From: Planktothrix mougeotii LEGE 06226
GTDB taxonomy: Bacteria > Cyanobacteriota > Cyanobacteriia > Cyanobacteriales > Microcoleaceae
Direction of reading: 5' to 3'
Assembly: GCF_015207485.1 (NCBI RefSeq)
Contig: NZ_JADEWU010000005.1
Location: forward strand, 116,508-156,988
Length of the DNA: 40,481 nt
Below, in pieces: positions 1 through 9,727 of this stretch (position 1 is its first letter; each line of letters opens with the position of its first letter). A program made the position numbers and the translations under genes. The notes beneath the pieces were generated by a model that saw only the letters and a program-made list of their open reading frames with translations, did no database searches and was not told the origin of the DNA.

Positions 1-1
1 C

Positions 2-193
2 CATCCGAACCAAATTGTTACCCGCGATCAACTTTTAGGTCAACTTTGGGAAATCGGATCTGAACCGGAAAGTAATGTTGTAGCGGCTCAAATTCGCTTA
101 CTCAGACGGAAACTTTCGGAAATTGGTTGTGATCATTTGATTGAAACGGTTTATGGTTTAGGATATCGTTTTTTAATAGATAATGATTCATGA
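2..193 (+). CDS. OmpR-family response regulator, C-terminal winged-helix DNA-binding domain (5'-truncated by window edge)
   Basis: Frame-2 translation gives ...TRDQLLGQLWEIGSEPESNVVAAQIRLLRRKLSEIGCDHLIETVYGLGYRFL*. That is the trans_reg_C pattern (RxxLxxxVWG..., Ax.IRRLRxKL, IETVRGVGYRF). The stop TGA (191-193) overlaps the ATG (190-192) of the downstream kinase. Confidence 0.7.
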   Translation, partial: HPNQIVTRDQLLGQLWEIGSEPESNVVAAQIRLLRRKLSEIGCDHLIETVYGLGYRFLIDNDS

Positions 194-1671
194 ATCAAAA
201 CTCACTGTTTAAACGGACAAAATTACGCTTAACCTGTTACTATGCTGGGGTGATGGGAGTCATTCTTAGTATTTGTGGTTTAGGGGTTTATGAAGCGATC
301 GCCCATGCCCATTGGATTACCTTAGATCGAGAAATAGAATCCGTTGCTGGTGCATTACATGATAGTTTAGAAACGGTTTTAAAACAACCGGGGCAATTAG
401 AACCGGATGTTTTAAGAATTATACCTGATTTATGTTTAATAGACTCTAAAAAAAGTGATATTGTTAGGTTGATTTATACTCATTATCCTAACAATAAATT
501 CAATAAAAATAATCCTTTAACTCATCCAGATTCAGAAGTAAACTGTTTACCAATTATTGATCAACAGGGTCAAGAATATCATCGATTAGCTCCTTATCAT
601 AATAATAATTATTTAATTCGTTTATTTAATAATTCAGGGGAGTTAGTCGCATTTACCGGAACCCATCATCGTGATTTATTTCCTCGTTATCAAGGAGAAA
701 TTTGGCAAACCTTTACGGATAAACAAGGAATTCGCTATCGTCAATATTCTTTAATTGTACACACTCAAAATCAGCAAAATTGGGGAATTTTACAATTAGG
801 GCGATCGCTACAGGATTTTGACCAATATATGACTATTGTAACATTAATTTTAGTGATCGGTTTACCCTTAGCTTTAATTTTAGTTGGGTTTGCGAGTTGG
901 AAATTAGCCGGAATTGCCATGCAGCCCATTTATTATTCTTACCAACAAATTCAACAATTTACCGCCGATGCCGCCCACGAATTAAGAACACCTTTAGCCG
1001 CCATTCGTGCGACCGTAGAATCCACAATCAAGCTCGAACCTTTGACCGAAACCGAAGCTAAAGAAACGTTAAAAACCGTAGAACGACAAAATCATCGATT
1101 ATCTAAATTAGTTCAAGATCTTTTATTATTATCTCGGATGGATCAAGAAACAATATCTCGCTTGGAAAAAATATGCTGTTTAAATGATTTAATCAGCGAT
1201 ACTCAAGAAGAACTGGCTGCAATAGTATTAAACGCAAACCTATCTTTAAAAATAGATATTCCTGAAAAAGAACCGATTTATATTTTAGGGAATGAAGAAC
1301 AACTCTATCGGGTTATTTTTAATTTAGCCATTAATGCGATTCAATATACTCCCCCTGGCGGTGAGATTATTTTAAGTTTAAATTCTAGTCATCAACAAGC
1401 TATTATTCAAGTCAAAGATACAGGAATTGGCATTCCTTTAACCGAACAATCTCGAATATTTGATCGATTTTATCGGGTACATAGCGATCGCTCTCGCAAA
1501 ACCGGAGGATCAGGCTTAGGATTAGCCATTGTTCAAGCCATTGTTCAAGCGCATCGTGGTAGTATTGAGGTAGAAAGTCAACCGGGAATCGGTAGTACCT
1601 TTACCATTCGATTACCTTTGAAGCCAACTGCACCCCTTGTCTCTTATTCTAAGGGGAAAGCATCAGGATAA
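190..1671 (+). CDS. Sensor histidine kinase with two transmembrane helices, periplasmic sensor domain, HisKA and HATPase_c
   Basis: TM1 is at aa 15-35 and TM2 at about aa 210-235, with a periplasmic domain of about 170 aa between them. The H-box is FTADAAHELRTPLAAIRATVE. N, G1 and G2 boxes are present (NLAINAIQYTPPGG, DTGIGIP, GGSGLGLAIVQAIVQAHRGSI). The start overlaps the response-regulator stop by 4 bp (ATGA). Confidence 0.85.
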   Translation: MNQNSLFKRTKLRLTCYYAGVMGVILSICGLGVYEAIAHAHWITLDREIESVAGALHDSLETVLKQPGQLEPDVLRIIPDLCLIDSKKSDIVRLIYTHYPNNKFNKNNPLTHPDSEVNCLPIIDQQGQEYHRLAPYHNNNYLIRLFNNSGELVAFTGTHHRDLFPRYQGEIWQTFTDKQGIRYRQYSLIVHTQNQQNWGILQLGRSLQDFDQYMTIVTLILVIGLPLALILVGFASWKLAGIAMQPIYYSYQQIQQFTADAAHELRTPLAAIRATVESTIKLEPLTETEAKETLKTVERQNHRLSKLVQDLLLLSRMDQETISRLEKICCLNDLISDTQEELAAIVLNANLSLKIDIPEKEPIYILGNEEQLYRVIFNLAINAIQYTPPGGEIILSLNSSHQQAIIQVKDTGIGIPLTEQSRIFDRFYRVHSDRSRKTGGSGLGLAIVQAIVQAHRGSIEVESQPGIGSTFTIRLPLKPTAPLVSYSKGKASG

Positions 1672-1803
1672 TTTTCTGGTTAGATTATAAACATTTGCTA
1701 TTTTTTCTAAAGTTTTCTAAACTTGATCTAGACTCTCCCGTTACTGGAGACTTTATACTAGAACTATTAATAGAAATGTTAAATTGATCAGAGGAAATAG
1801 ATC

Positions 1804-2388
1804 ATGAAAATTAACCGATCTCATACTCAGATTAAAGGATTTGCGATCGCCACAGGTATTGCGTTGATTTCTCTGGGTTATTCCCATCCTTTATTGGCTC
1901 AGTCTAACCCAAATTCTCCCCAACCTATCCCTAATAATGGAAATAATTTTTATCCCCCTTGTCAGCAACTTATGGGGCAAAATCATCCCATGATGGGTCA
2001 AGGTTGGTGGGGCAATTCTCCAGGGGGAAAAGGTCAATATTCCCGTTCGATGTATGATCCGAGTCGTGTAGAAACAATTCAAGGGACAGTCACAGAAATA
2101 CAAGGCGGAAATCGTGGAAATCGAATGCCTCATGGGATGTATTTACAGATTAAAACCAATACAGAAACCCTCGGACTTCATGTTGGCCCTATTTGGTATT
2201 TAGATCAACAAAACTTTCAAATTCAACCCAATGAAACCTTAGAAGTGACGGGAACACGAGTTAACTGGGGAGGACAACCCACGTTAATTGTCGGAGAGAT
2301 TAAAAAAGGAAATCAAACCATACAATTACGGGATGCAAATGGTTATCCTCGATGGATGGGATGGCAACAACAAACCCCTAGTAATTAA
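1804..2388 (+). CDS. Secreted (signal-peptide) Gly/Asn/Gln/Met/His-rich protein of unknown function, possible periplasmic metal-binding protein
   Basis: There is an N-terminal signal peptide (MKINRSHTQIKGFAIATGIALISLGYSHPLLAQS) and a good SD (GAGGAAATAGATC ATG). Met/His-rich motifs are present (QQLMGQNHPMMGQGWWG and NRMPHGMYLQ). The C-terminal half is beta-rich (TVTEIQG...LQIKTNTETLGLHVGPIWYL). Confidence 0.6.
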   Translation: MKINRSHTQIKGFAIATGIALISLGYSHPLLAQSNPNSPQPIPNNGNNFYPPCQQLMGQNHPMMGQGWWGNSPGGKGQYSRSMYDPSRVETIQGTVTEIQGGNRGNRMPHGMYLQIKTNTETLGLHVGPIWYLDQQNFQIQPNETLEVTGTRVNWGGQPTLIVGEIKKGNQTIQLRDANGYPRWMGWQQQTPSN

Positions 2389-2496
2389 TCGTTAATAGGT
2401 TAATATTAAGTAAATCCGGTTCTCTTGATTTTCAATTGTCAAAGATTACCGGATTTTATTTTGTGTTAGAATTAGAAAAACGATGTTTCTCAACCT

Positions 2497-3621
2497 ATGC
2501 CAGATCATTCTTTTTTTGAGCAGCAAAAAGAACAATCCTTAGTTAAAGCTGAAATTGTAGCTAAATATTTTTGGGAGTGGGCTGGAGTGATGATCCCCCA
2601 AGCCAAAAAATGGGGGACAAAAATTGCATATATTGATCTGTTTTGTGGGCCAGGCGTTTATGAAGATGGATCTAAATCTACTCCCATACTAATTTTAGAG
2701 AAGGCAATTAATGATGCAAATATGCAAGAGTTACTCGTAACAATATTTAATGATTGTGATGAAAAGAATACTAAATCTCTAAAAGCAGCTATAGATGCTC
2801 TACCTAATATTAACTTATTAAAAAATCAACCGACGATACAAAACATGACAGTAGGTAGAGAGTTTGAGGAATTTTTTCAGAAAAAAAAATTCATTCCGAG
2901 CCTATTCTTTATTGACCCTTGGGGATATAAAGGATTATCACAACAATTGATTGGATCGGTCATTAAAGATTGGGGTTGTGATTGTATATTCTTCTTTAAT
3001 TATAACCGTATTAATCCTGGCTTAAGTAATCGAGCAGTTGAAAAAAACATGAACGATTTGTTTGGCAAAGAAAGAGCAGATGAGTTGCGATCGCAACTTC
3101 AAACAAAAAGTCCTCATGAAAGAGAACTAATGATTGTAGAATCAATTTCTCAAAGTTTAAAAACAATAGGGGGTGAGTATGTATTGCCATTTTGCTTTAA
3201 AGATGAGAAAGAAGCAAGAACAAGCCATTATCTAATTTTTGTATCGAAACATAAAAAAGGTTATTCAACTATGAAACGTATTATGGCTAAGGCGAGTTCC
3301 AGTACAGAACAAGGTGTACCTTCCTTTGAATATAATTCAGCTACAAGCTCACAACTTCTACTATTTCCTTCACGACCTCTTGACGATTTGGAAAATATGT
3401 TACTAGATGAATTTGCAGGTCAGACATTGACAATGAACGAAGTTTATGAACAGCATAATGTAGGAAAACGTTACATTGAGAGGAATTATAAAGATGCTCT
3501 TTTAAAACTAGAAGATCAAGGCAAGATTATAACAAAATCAGAAAAAAAACGAAGGAAAGGAACATTTGGAGATGAAGTCATCGTTACATTCCCACCAAAA
3601 TCGGAAAATTCTCTGTTTTAG
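2497..3621 (+). CDS. TcmP-like protein (three-Cys-motif partner protein family) with methyltransferase-like motifs
   Basis: The 374-aa protein carries YIDLFCGPGVYEDG (like SAM-MTase motif I hhDhFxGxG) and FFIDPWGY (like motif IV (D/N)PP(Y/F/W)). It is encoded convergently with a DUF5131 gene and overlaps it at the 3' end, the pairing described for the TcmP family. I recognise the family by the sequence pattern only. Confidence 0.6.
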   Translation: MPDHSFFEQQKEQSLVKAEIVAKYFWEWAGVMIPQAKKWGTKIAYIDLFCGPGVYEDGSKSTPILILEKAINDANMQELLVTIFNDCDEKNTKSLKAAIDALPNINLLKNQPTIQNMTVGREFEEFFQKKKFIPSLFFIDPWGYKGLSQQLIGSVIKDWGCDCIFFFNYNRINPGLSNRAVEKNMNDLFGKERADELRSQLQTKSPHERELMIVESISQSLKTIGGEYVLPFCFKDEKEARTSHYLIFVSKHKKGYSTMKRIMAKASSSTEQGVPSFEYNSATSSQLLLFPSRPLDDLENMLLDEFAGQTLTMNEVYEQHNVGKRYIERNYKDALLKLEDQGKIITKSEKKRRKGTFGDEVIVTFPPKSENSLF

Positions 3622-4372
3622 ATTGACGAGTTGATGAAGCAGAATAACTTTGCCATTTCTTCTGATGTTCATACCAAGCTTCAGGCATTTCATCCCAAAT
3701 TTTACCTTCTAATAACCGTCCTCCTGCTTTTGGTGTTCTCCCTCCGACTTGTTTAAAGAAAAATGCTACATTTTCGGCTTCACATTGTTGCTGAATATCT
3801 TTAGCCCATTCTAACTGCATAGGTCGATGTTTTACTCCTGATTCTCCCCCAACAATTACCCATTGAATTCCTTTTAAATTAAGTTCTAACGGCCCCAATA
3901 AGGGTTCACAAGATAGAAAACGAACAGATGCTGGAACTTTTCTTAAATAATCAATTCTATGAACATAGTTTTGATTTTCAACAGAGACTCCCATCCAAAT
4001 ATTATCTGACCATTCTAGTTGAGGAGCAATTTCTACTAATCGCTCATGCCGTTTAGTCAAAATTTGATAAATGTGATGAGGAGTTTTATGAATAACATCA
4101 AACACTTTTTGGAGAAATTCTACAGGAATATCTTCATGAAAAAGATCACTCATTGAGTTAACAAAAATTCGGCTAGGTTTCCGCCATTTTAAGGGTTCTT
4201 CTAATCGTTCTGGATGTAATGTTAAAGCAAATCCATTCTGAAAATTTTGAGTAAAACGTTTGGTAATTGCTTCTGCATAGCAATGGGTACATCCAGGGCT
4301 AACTTTGTTGCATCCGGTTGTCGGATTCCATGTTCTGTCTGTCCATTCTATCCCTGTATTTATACTTGCCAT
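3584..4372 (-). CDS. DUF5131 / phage Gp37-Gp68 family three-Cys-motif protein
   Basis: The N-terminus MASINTGIEWTDRTWNPTTGCNKVSPGCTHCYAEA matches the family hallmark (IEWTD.TWNP..GC...S.GC..CYA), a Cx5CxxC three-Cys motif. Its 3' end overlaps the TcmP-like gene by about 38 bp. Confidence 0.65.
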   Translation of the reverse strand: MASINTGIEWTDRTWNPTTGCNKVSPGCTHCYAEAITKRFTQNFQNGFALTLHPERLEEPLKWRKPSRIFVNSMSDLFHEDIPVEFLQKVFDVIHKTPHHIYQILTKRHERLVEIAPQLEWSDNIWMGVSVENQNYVHRIDYLRKVPASVRFLSCEPLLGPLELNLKGIQWVIVGGESGVKHRPMQLEWAKDIQQQCEAENVAFFFKQVGGRTPKAGGRLLEGKIWDEMPEAWYEHQKKWQSYSASSTRQSKTENFPILVGM

Positions 4373-4770
4373 TTTCTGAATTGCCTCCTGAAAAGCAAAC
4401 TCTAATTGATTCAGTATATCATAAAAATGACTTAAAAGTCAATTTTTTAATCTGTTAAAAACTTTCAAAATTATATAAAAATTAAATCGTATTATTATTT
4501 TATATTTATCAAAATATTGTTCTTTAGATAATGCTCTTTAAATTATAATAAAATTACTTAATTACTACTTTTGAGATAAATAAATTATAATTTTAAATAA
4601 AAAAATTCATATATAATCAAGAGTATTGAGTCTTTTCTTTGATCTTTAAAGAAAACATTAAGTGAACCATTATTGGCAAAATCCATTAATATTGATTGAA
4701 TCTGAACAGGTGTCTTTGATCTTGAATGGTCGAAGAATAACTCGACCGACAACTAGAGCAACATATAGAT

Positions 4771-6381
4771 ATGGCTAAAATTATATTCTTTTTCCCAAGA
4801 AGGGTACTCAGTATATTGTCATTTTTGATCGTTTCCCCTATTCCCACCCTCGCCCAAGACCCAGACCCCCAAGCTCAAAACACTAACCCGACGTTAAAAA
4901 TCGGTGTAGTGCAACACTTTGGGCAAAAACCCACCGATCAACTCATTCTCAAAGCACAACCGGGAGATCACTTAACCCTTGGGTTCCAAACACCCCAAGG
5001 AAACAAAGAATTGCATACGGAGACGGTGATCCTGAAAATCGGCGTTGAACCCCTCCCTGAACCTGAAGTCGAGGAAAGGGTGGTTTTGAGTACCCATCGC
5101 AGCTATGAAAATGCCGAAGAAGACGCTCAAAAATGGCGATCGCTGGGTTTAAAAGTAGAATTAGCTCAACCGGATCGTTGGCAAGTTTGGGCGAAACGTA
5201 GCGTTTATAGTACCCCTCTGCTGCGACGTTGGTTAATCGATAGTTTACAAGCCCAAGGTCATAAAATCCCCAGTTTGGAAACCCAAGTTCTCACCGAAAA
5301 ACGTACCCCCTATTGGACAGCGGCAGGATATCGCTACAACCGTAATCAACTGGAGATTACAACCCCCCAGAATGTGATTCAAGTGAGTCAAAAACCGAAT
5401 GATCCCCAACCTTTAGTTTATGGGGGAAGTTTGCAACTACAACCCGATGCTTATGGAACCTACACCCTGGTTAATAACGTGCCATTAGAGACCTATTTGC
5501 GGGGCGTCGTGCCTCATGAAATTGGAGCTTGGCCCCCGGATGCGTCTATCGAAGCTCAAGCGGTTTTAGCGCGAACCTATGCGTTACGAAATCTGCGACG
5601 ATTTGAAGCAGATAATTATCATCTCTGTGCTAATACGGACTGTCAAGTGTATAAAGGATTAACGGAAGTTTATCCCAGTACGGATCAAGCGATTAATGTT
5701 ACAAACGGTTTAGTTTTAACCTATAACAATCAATTGACGGATGCGGTTTATTTTTCTACCAGTGGGGGAGTTACGGCGAATTATAATGATATTTGGAATG
5801 GGGAACCGCGACCTTATTTACAAGGAATTATTGATGCTCCGAATAAAATTTGGGATTTATCTCAACAAAATTTAGCATCAGAACAAAATTTTCGACGGTT
5901 TATGAATTTGCAAAAGGGATTTAATGAAACCGGAGAATATGATTTTCGTTGGCGAGAAGAAACAACGTTAGAATCAATGGCAGCCCATTTGCGTCTTTAC
6001 TTGAAACGCCGCAATTTGCCTAATTCTAATTTTAAGAATATTCAAAAGGTTGAGATTGTAGAGCGATCGCCAACGGGACGAGTTTTGAAAATGACGGTAA
6101 CGACCGATCAAGGGGTGTTAGAAATTTCTAAAGATGAAATCCAAAGTGCTTTTTTACCCCCGATTAGTACGTTATTTTATATTGATCCCGTTTACAACCC
6201 CAACAAAACCTTAAAAGGCTATGTTTTTGTTGGGGGTGGTTATGGACATGGGGTGGGTATGAGTCAAACGGGCTCCTATCACTTGGCTAAATTGGGATGG
6301 TCAAGCGAGGAAATTTTAAACTTTTACTTCCCTGGAACCCAACTACAACCGTTTAATACTGCGATGCAGTTGGGACAATAA
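4771..6381 (+). CDS. SpoIID/LytB domain protein (cell-wall amidase enhancer-like), secreted
   Basis: A signal peptide is present (MAKIIFFFPRRVLSILSFLIVSPIPTLAQ). The C-terminal motif is GYGHGVGMSQTGSYHLAKLGWSSEEILNFYFPGTQL. Upstream lies ...YLRGVVPHEIGAWP...AQAVLARTYALRN, typical of SpoIID/LytB. Confidence 0.8.
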   Translation: MAKIIFFFPRRVLSILSFLIVSPIPTLAQDPDPQAQNTNPTLKIGVVQHFGQKPTDQLILKAQPGDHLTLGFQTPQGNKELHTETVILKIGVEPLPEPEVEERVVLSTHRSYENAEEDAQKWRSLGLKVELAQPDRWQVWAKRSVYSTPLLRRWLIDSLQAQGHKIPSLETQVLTEKRTPYWTAAGYRYNRNQLEITTPQNVIQVSQKPNDPQPLVYGGSLQLQPDAYGTYTLVNNVPLETYLRGVVPHEIGAWPPDASIEAQAVLARTYALRNLRRFEADNYHLCANTDCQVYKGLTEVYPSTDQAINVTNGLVLTYNNQLTDAVYFSTSGGVTANYNDIWNGEPRPYLQGIIDAPNKIWDLSQQNLASEQNFRRFMNLQKGFNETGEYDFRWREETTLESMAAHLRLYLKRRNLPNSNFKNIQKVEIVERSPTGRVLKMTVTTDQGVLEISKDEIQSAFLPPISTLFYIDPVYNPNKTLKGYVFVGGGYGHGVGMSQTGSYHLAKLGWSSEEILNFYFPGTQLQPFNTAMQLGQ

Positions 6382-6446
6382 CAAAAACTCCAAGTTCAAC
6401 GTTGAAAGATATCAATAACGCTGAACTTGGAATCAAAAACTGATCA

Positions 6447-6755
<309 letters not shown>

Positions 6756-7158
6756 TCATGAATTTCGATAAAATTTGAAAAATCTCTTAGGCTTCACCAA
6801 GGCGTTCACTCGCCTTTGTTGACATCACAGATTTTTTTCACCCTTTGATATTAAGAGAAAAAGTGAAAGATGTAAAACAGGATTAACCTAAATTGTGAAT
6901 GGGATTTTTTATAATTTTTTATAATTATATCTTAATTGCTTATCGTTCACCTGTTGATGATTGACCCTAGAATTATCTCAGATCAAGGCTCTGAGAAAGG
7001 CATGAAGTTAGGTCAGTGGCAGTCCAAACTCTCAATTTTTCTTCCCTAGACCTTGACTTCAGCCTTTCAATTCATTGAAGTCCTTTGCCCATTAGGAGAT
7101 CAAAGCTTAATGTTGAGTCAGATGGATCAACCTTAAACTCTGAACCCTAACCCAAGGA

Positions 7159-7479
<321 letters not shown>

Positions 7480-7778
7480 CTATAAAAATCACTTATGCAA
7501 ATCAAAAGCGTTAATTAGCCTTCGTTTGCATCGCCGATTTATTTTACCTCTCGATATTAGAAGAAAAAGTGAAGAATGTAAAACCTTGTTAAGCGACCTT
7601 TTGAAAGGGATTTATTATAAATTTTTCTAATTACATCTTGATTACTTATATCTAGTCTCTGTGTCCCAGGGAGAAGGGCAGGTGTAGAGAAATCAGGGGA
7701 GAATGGGACAGATGGGGTTTTAGTTGCTGGTTAAGTGGGTGTAGGGTATTAAGTCGGATGAATATTTGAGATCAGGAG

Positions 7779-8798
7779 TTGGTGATCATGAGTCAATCTT
7801 TAGATTTATCTTGGGGTAAGGTTTCTCAACCCCTACGAGTGGGTATTGTTGGGACAGGATATGCAGCGAAAATGCGAGCAACAGCTTTAAAAGCCGATGA
7901 GCGATCGCAACTTGTGGCCATTTCCGGTCATACCTCCGCTTCAACTATTGCTTTAAGTCAAGAATTTGATGTGACGGTATCGGCATCTTGGACAGATTTA
8001 GTCCAACGACCGGATATTGATTTAGTCATGATTTGTACGATTAATCGAGATCATGGCCAGATCGCTCGTTACGCCTTAGAACACGGTAAACACGTCGTTG
8101 TCGAATATCCCCTGAGTTTAGATCCCCAGGAAGCAGAATCTTTAATTACCCTCGCCCAAGAGAAAAATAAACTCCTCCATGTTGAACATATTGAACTTTT
8201 GGGGGGACTGCACAATGCCATCAAAGCGTCCCTAGCAGCTATTGGTCAAGTGTTTTATGTTCGCTATGTCACGTTTAACCCCCAACATCCAGCCTCTCGG
8301 AAATGGACATATCAACCGTCTTTATTTGGGTTTCCCCTGAGTGGAGCTTTATCCCGTTTGCATCGGTTTACGGATTTATTTGGAACCGTAGCCAGTGTTA
8401 ACTGTCAAAATCAATATTGGGAGATTGAACCCGATCTCTACAAAGCTTGTTTATGTCATGCCCAGTTAACCTTTAATAATGGCATCCTGGGAGAATCGGT
8501 TTATGGTAAAGGGGAGGTTTTTTGGCAGTCGGAAAATACGTTTACCCTCTATGGAGAACAGGGAACGTTAATTTTTACTCCCGAAAAGGGCCAACTGATT
8601 CAAAACGATACCATTCAAACCCTTGAAGTTGCTTCTCGTCGGGGATTATTTGTTAAAGATACCCAAATGGTTTTAGATTGTCTCTACCAAGGAACTCCCC
8701 TTTATGTAACGCCAGAAGCCAGTTTATATAGTCTAAAAGTTGCTGAGGCGGCGCGACAGTCGAGTTTATCGGGGCAAAAATACAATCTAAATCCCTAG
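7779..8798 (+). CDS. Gfo/Idh/MocA-family NAD(P)-dependent oxidoreductase
   Basis: The N-terminal Rossmann motif is LRVGIVGTGYAAKMRATAL. EYPLSL matches the family EKP motif region, and a C-terminal alpha/beta domain follows. Cyanobacterial biliverdin reductases belong to this family, but I cannot assign that function from the sequence. Confidence 0.7.
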   Translation: MVIMSQSLDLSWGKVSQPLRVGIVGTGYAAKMRATALKADERSQLVAISGHTSASTIALSQEFDVTVSASWTDLVQRPDIDLVMICTINRDHGQIARYALEHGKHVVVEYPLSLDPQEAESLITLAQEKNKLLHVEHIELLGGLHNAIKASLAAIGQVFYVRYVTFNPQHPASRKWTYQPSLFGFPLSGALSRLHRFTDLFGTVASVNCQNQYWEIEPDLYKACLCHAQLTFNNGILGESVYGKGEVFWQSENTFTLYGEQGTLIFTPEKGQLIQNDTIQTLEVASRRGLFVKDTQMVLDCLYQGTPLYVTPEASLYSLKVAEAARQSSLSGQKYNLNP

Positions 8799-8938
8799 AA
8801 GATTTTCTCTGTTAGAAGCTGAAATTGATCAGGATATCCTAAAAAAACTGCATTAAAATCCGTAAACTCAGCTATTCTATCAGAGATATTCCTTAAGGAT
8901 TATGCGATCGCTATTCGCTACAAACGAGGTTAACCGAT

Positions 8939-9685
8939 ATGTCCATTAAACCTAGTCAACTGATCATAGCAGGTGCGGTCGGGGTGATTGCTGGGGTAAC
9001 AATTGCTGTGATGGCGGTTCAGTCTCCCTCCTCGAAATCGTCCCCAACCCCTCAAACCGAGTCTCCTCGACCCTCTGAACCCCCCATTACCTCGGTTCCC
9101 GCATCCGTTACCAACACCCCAACCCCATCAGATACTCCTCCTATCGCCGTCATTAAACCCCCTGTGGAGGGTTGCAAAATTAGTACGGCGGTTGTCAAAG
9201 ATCCCGATGCACCGTTGAACGTTCGTTCAACACCGGAAGTAACAGAGGGTAATATTGTTGGTCAATTAAATAATAATACCTTTGTTTTTGTAATTGAAGA
9301 AAAAAACGGATGGTTTAAAATTAATAATCCTGTGAGTGGATGGATTGCCAAAAGTCGCACCGAGAGCAGTTGTTCTATTGTAGAAAAAAATATTGAATTT
9401 TTACCGGGTGGAAATGCAGCCTTAGTTCAGGGAAAAATTATTGGCGGCGGAAGTCACAATTATAAAATTACAGCGATCGCAGGTCAAACCTTAACGATTG
9501 AGAATTATAAATCTGTCTTCCCAATGGTAATGAGTCCTAATGGGGAATTATTAACAGATAATCTGGGTATTACACCCGATACAAAGGTGTTTTCTAATAA
9601 ACTTCCCCTAACCGGAGAATATACGTTACAACTGGATTCTAATTATAAAGGGTTTGAATATGAGTTTTTAGTTAAAGTTGAGTAA
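8939..9685 (+). CDS. Membrane-anchored protein with Pro/Ser/Thr-rich linker and SH3b-like domain
   Basis: It has an N-terminal TM helix (LIIAGAVGVIAGVTIAVMAV) and a PST-rich linker (SSKSSPTPQTESPRPSEPPITSVPAS...). It then has an SH3_3-like segment (LNVRSTPEVTEGNIVGQLNNNTFVFVIEEKNGWFKINNPVSGWIAKS). Confidence 0.5.
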   Translation: MSIKPSQLIIAGAVGVIAGVTIAVMAVQSPSSKSSPTPQTESPRPSEPPITSVPASVTNTPTPSDTPPIAVIKPPVEGCKISTAVVKDPDAPLNVRSTPEVTEGNIVGQLNNNTFVFVIEEKNGWFKINNPVSGWIAKSRTESSCSIVEKNIEFLPGGNAALVQGKIIGGGSHNYKITAIAGQTLTIENYKSVFPMVMSPNGELLTDNLGITPDTKVFSNKLPLTGEYTLQLDSNYKGFEYEFLVKVE

Positions 9686-9727
9686 TTCTGATTCAATGTA
9701 TTATTAAGTGCGATAGGATGACGCTAT

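Noticed and set aside
1891-2133. Antisense or alternative-frame ORFs inside confidently called genes. This entry covers 1891..2133, 11535..11729, 14739..14924, 16325..16594, 19301..19588, 19366..19602, 20403..20588, 20500..20721, 20994..21176, 23032..23274, 23158..23361, 23594..23812, 24350..24541, 24985..25176, 26845..27033, 28443..28628, 30030..30260, 32439..32756, 37427..37636, 38613..38936, 39464..39670 and 40040..40330.
   Set aside because: Each is short and embedded in, or antisense to, a longer ORF with clear homology motifs. None has an RBS or a recognisable domain. They are typical six-frame noise.
4373-4770. Roughly 400-bp AT-rich spacer (over 80 percent AT), possible IS remnant or replication origin
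   Set aside because: I found no inverted terminal repeats, transposase fragment or DnaA-box clusters. It most likely holds divergent promoter or curved-DNA sequence at an island boundary. It is noted within the TcmP/DUF5131 finding instead.
8799-8938. Possible terminator or tRNA in the gap after the Gfo/Idh/MocA gene
   Set aside because: No stable stem-loop with a U-tract and no tRNA-like structure was recognisable by eye.
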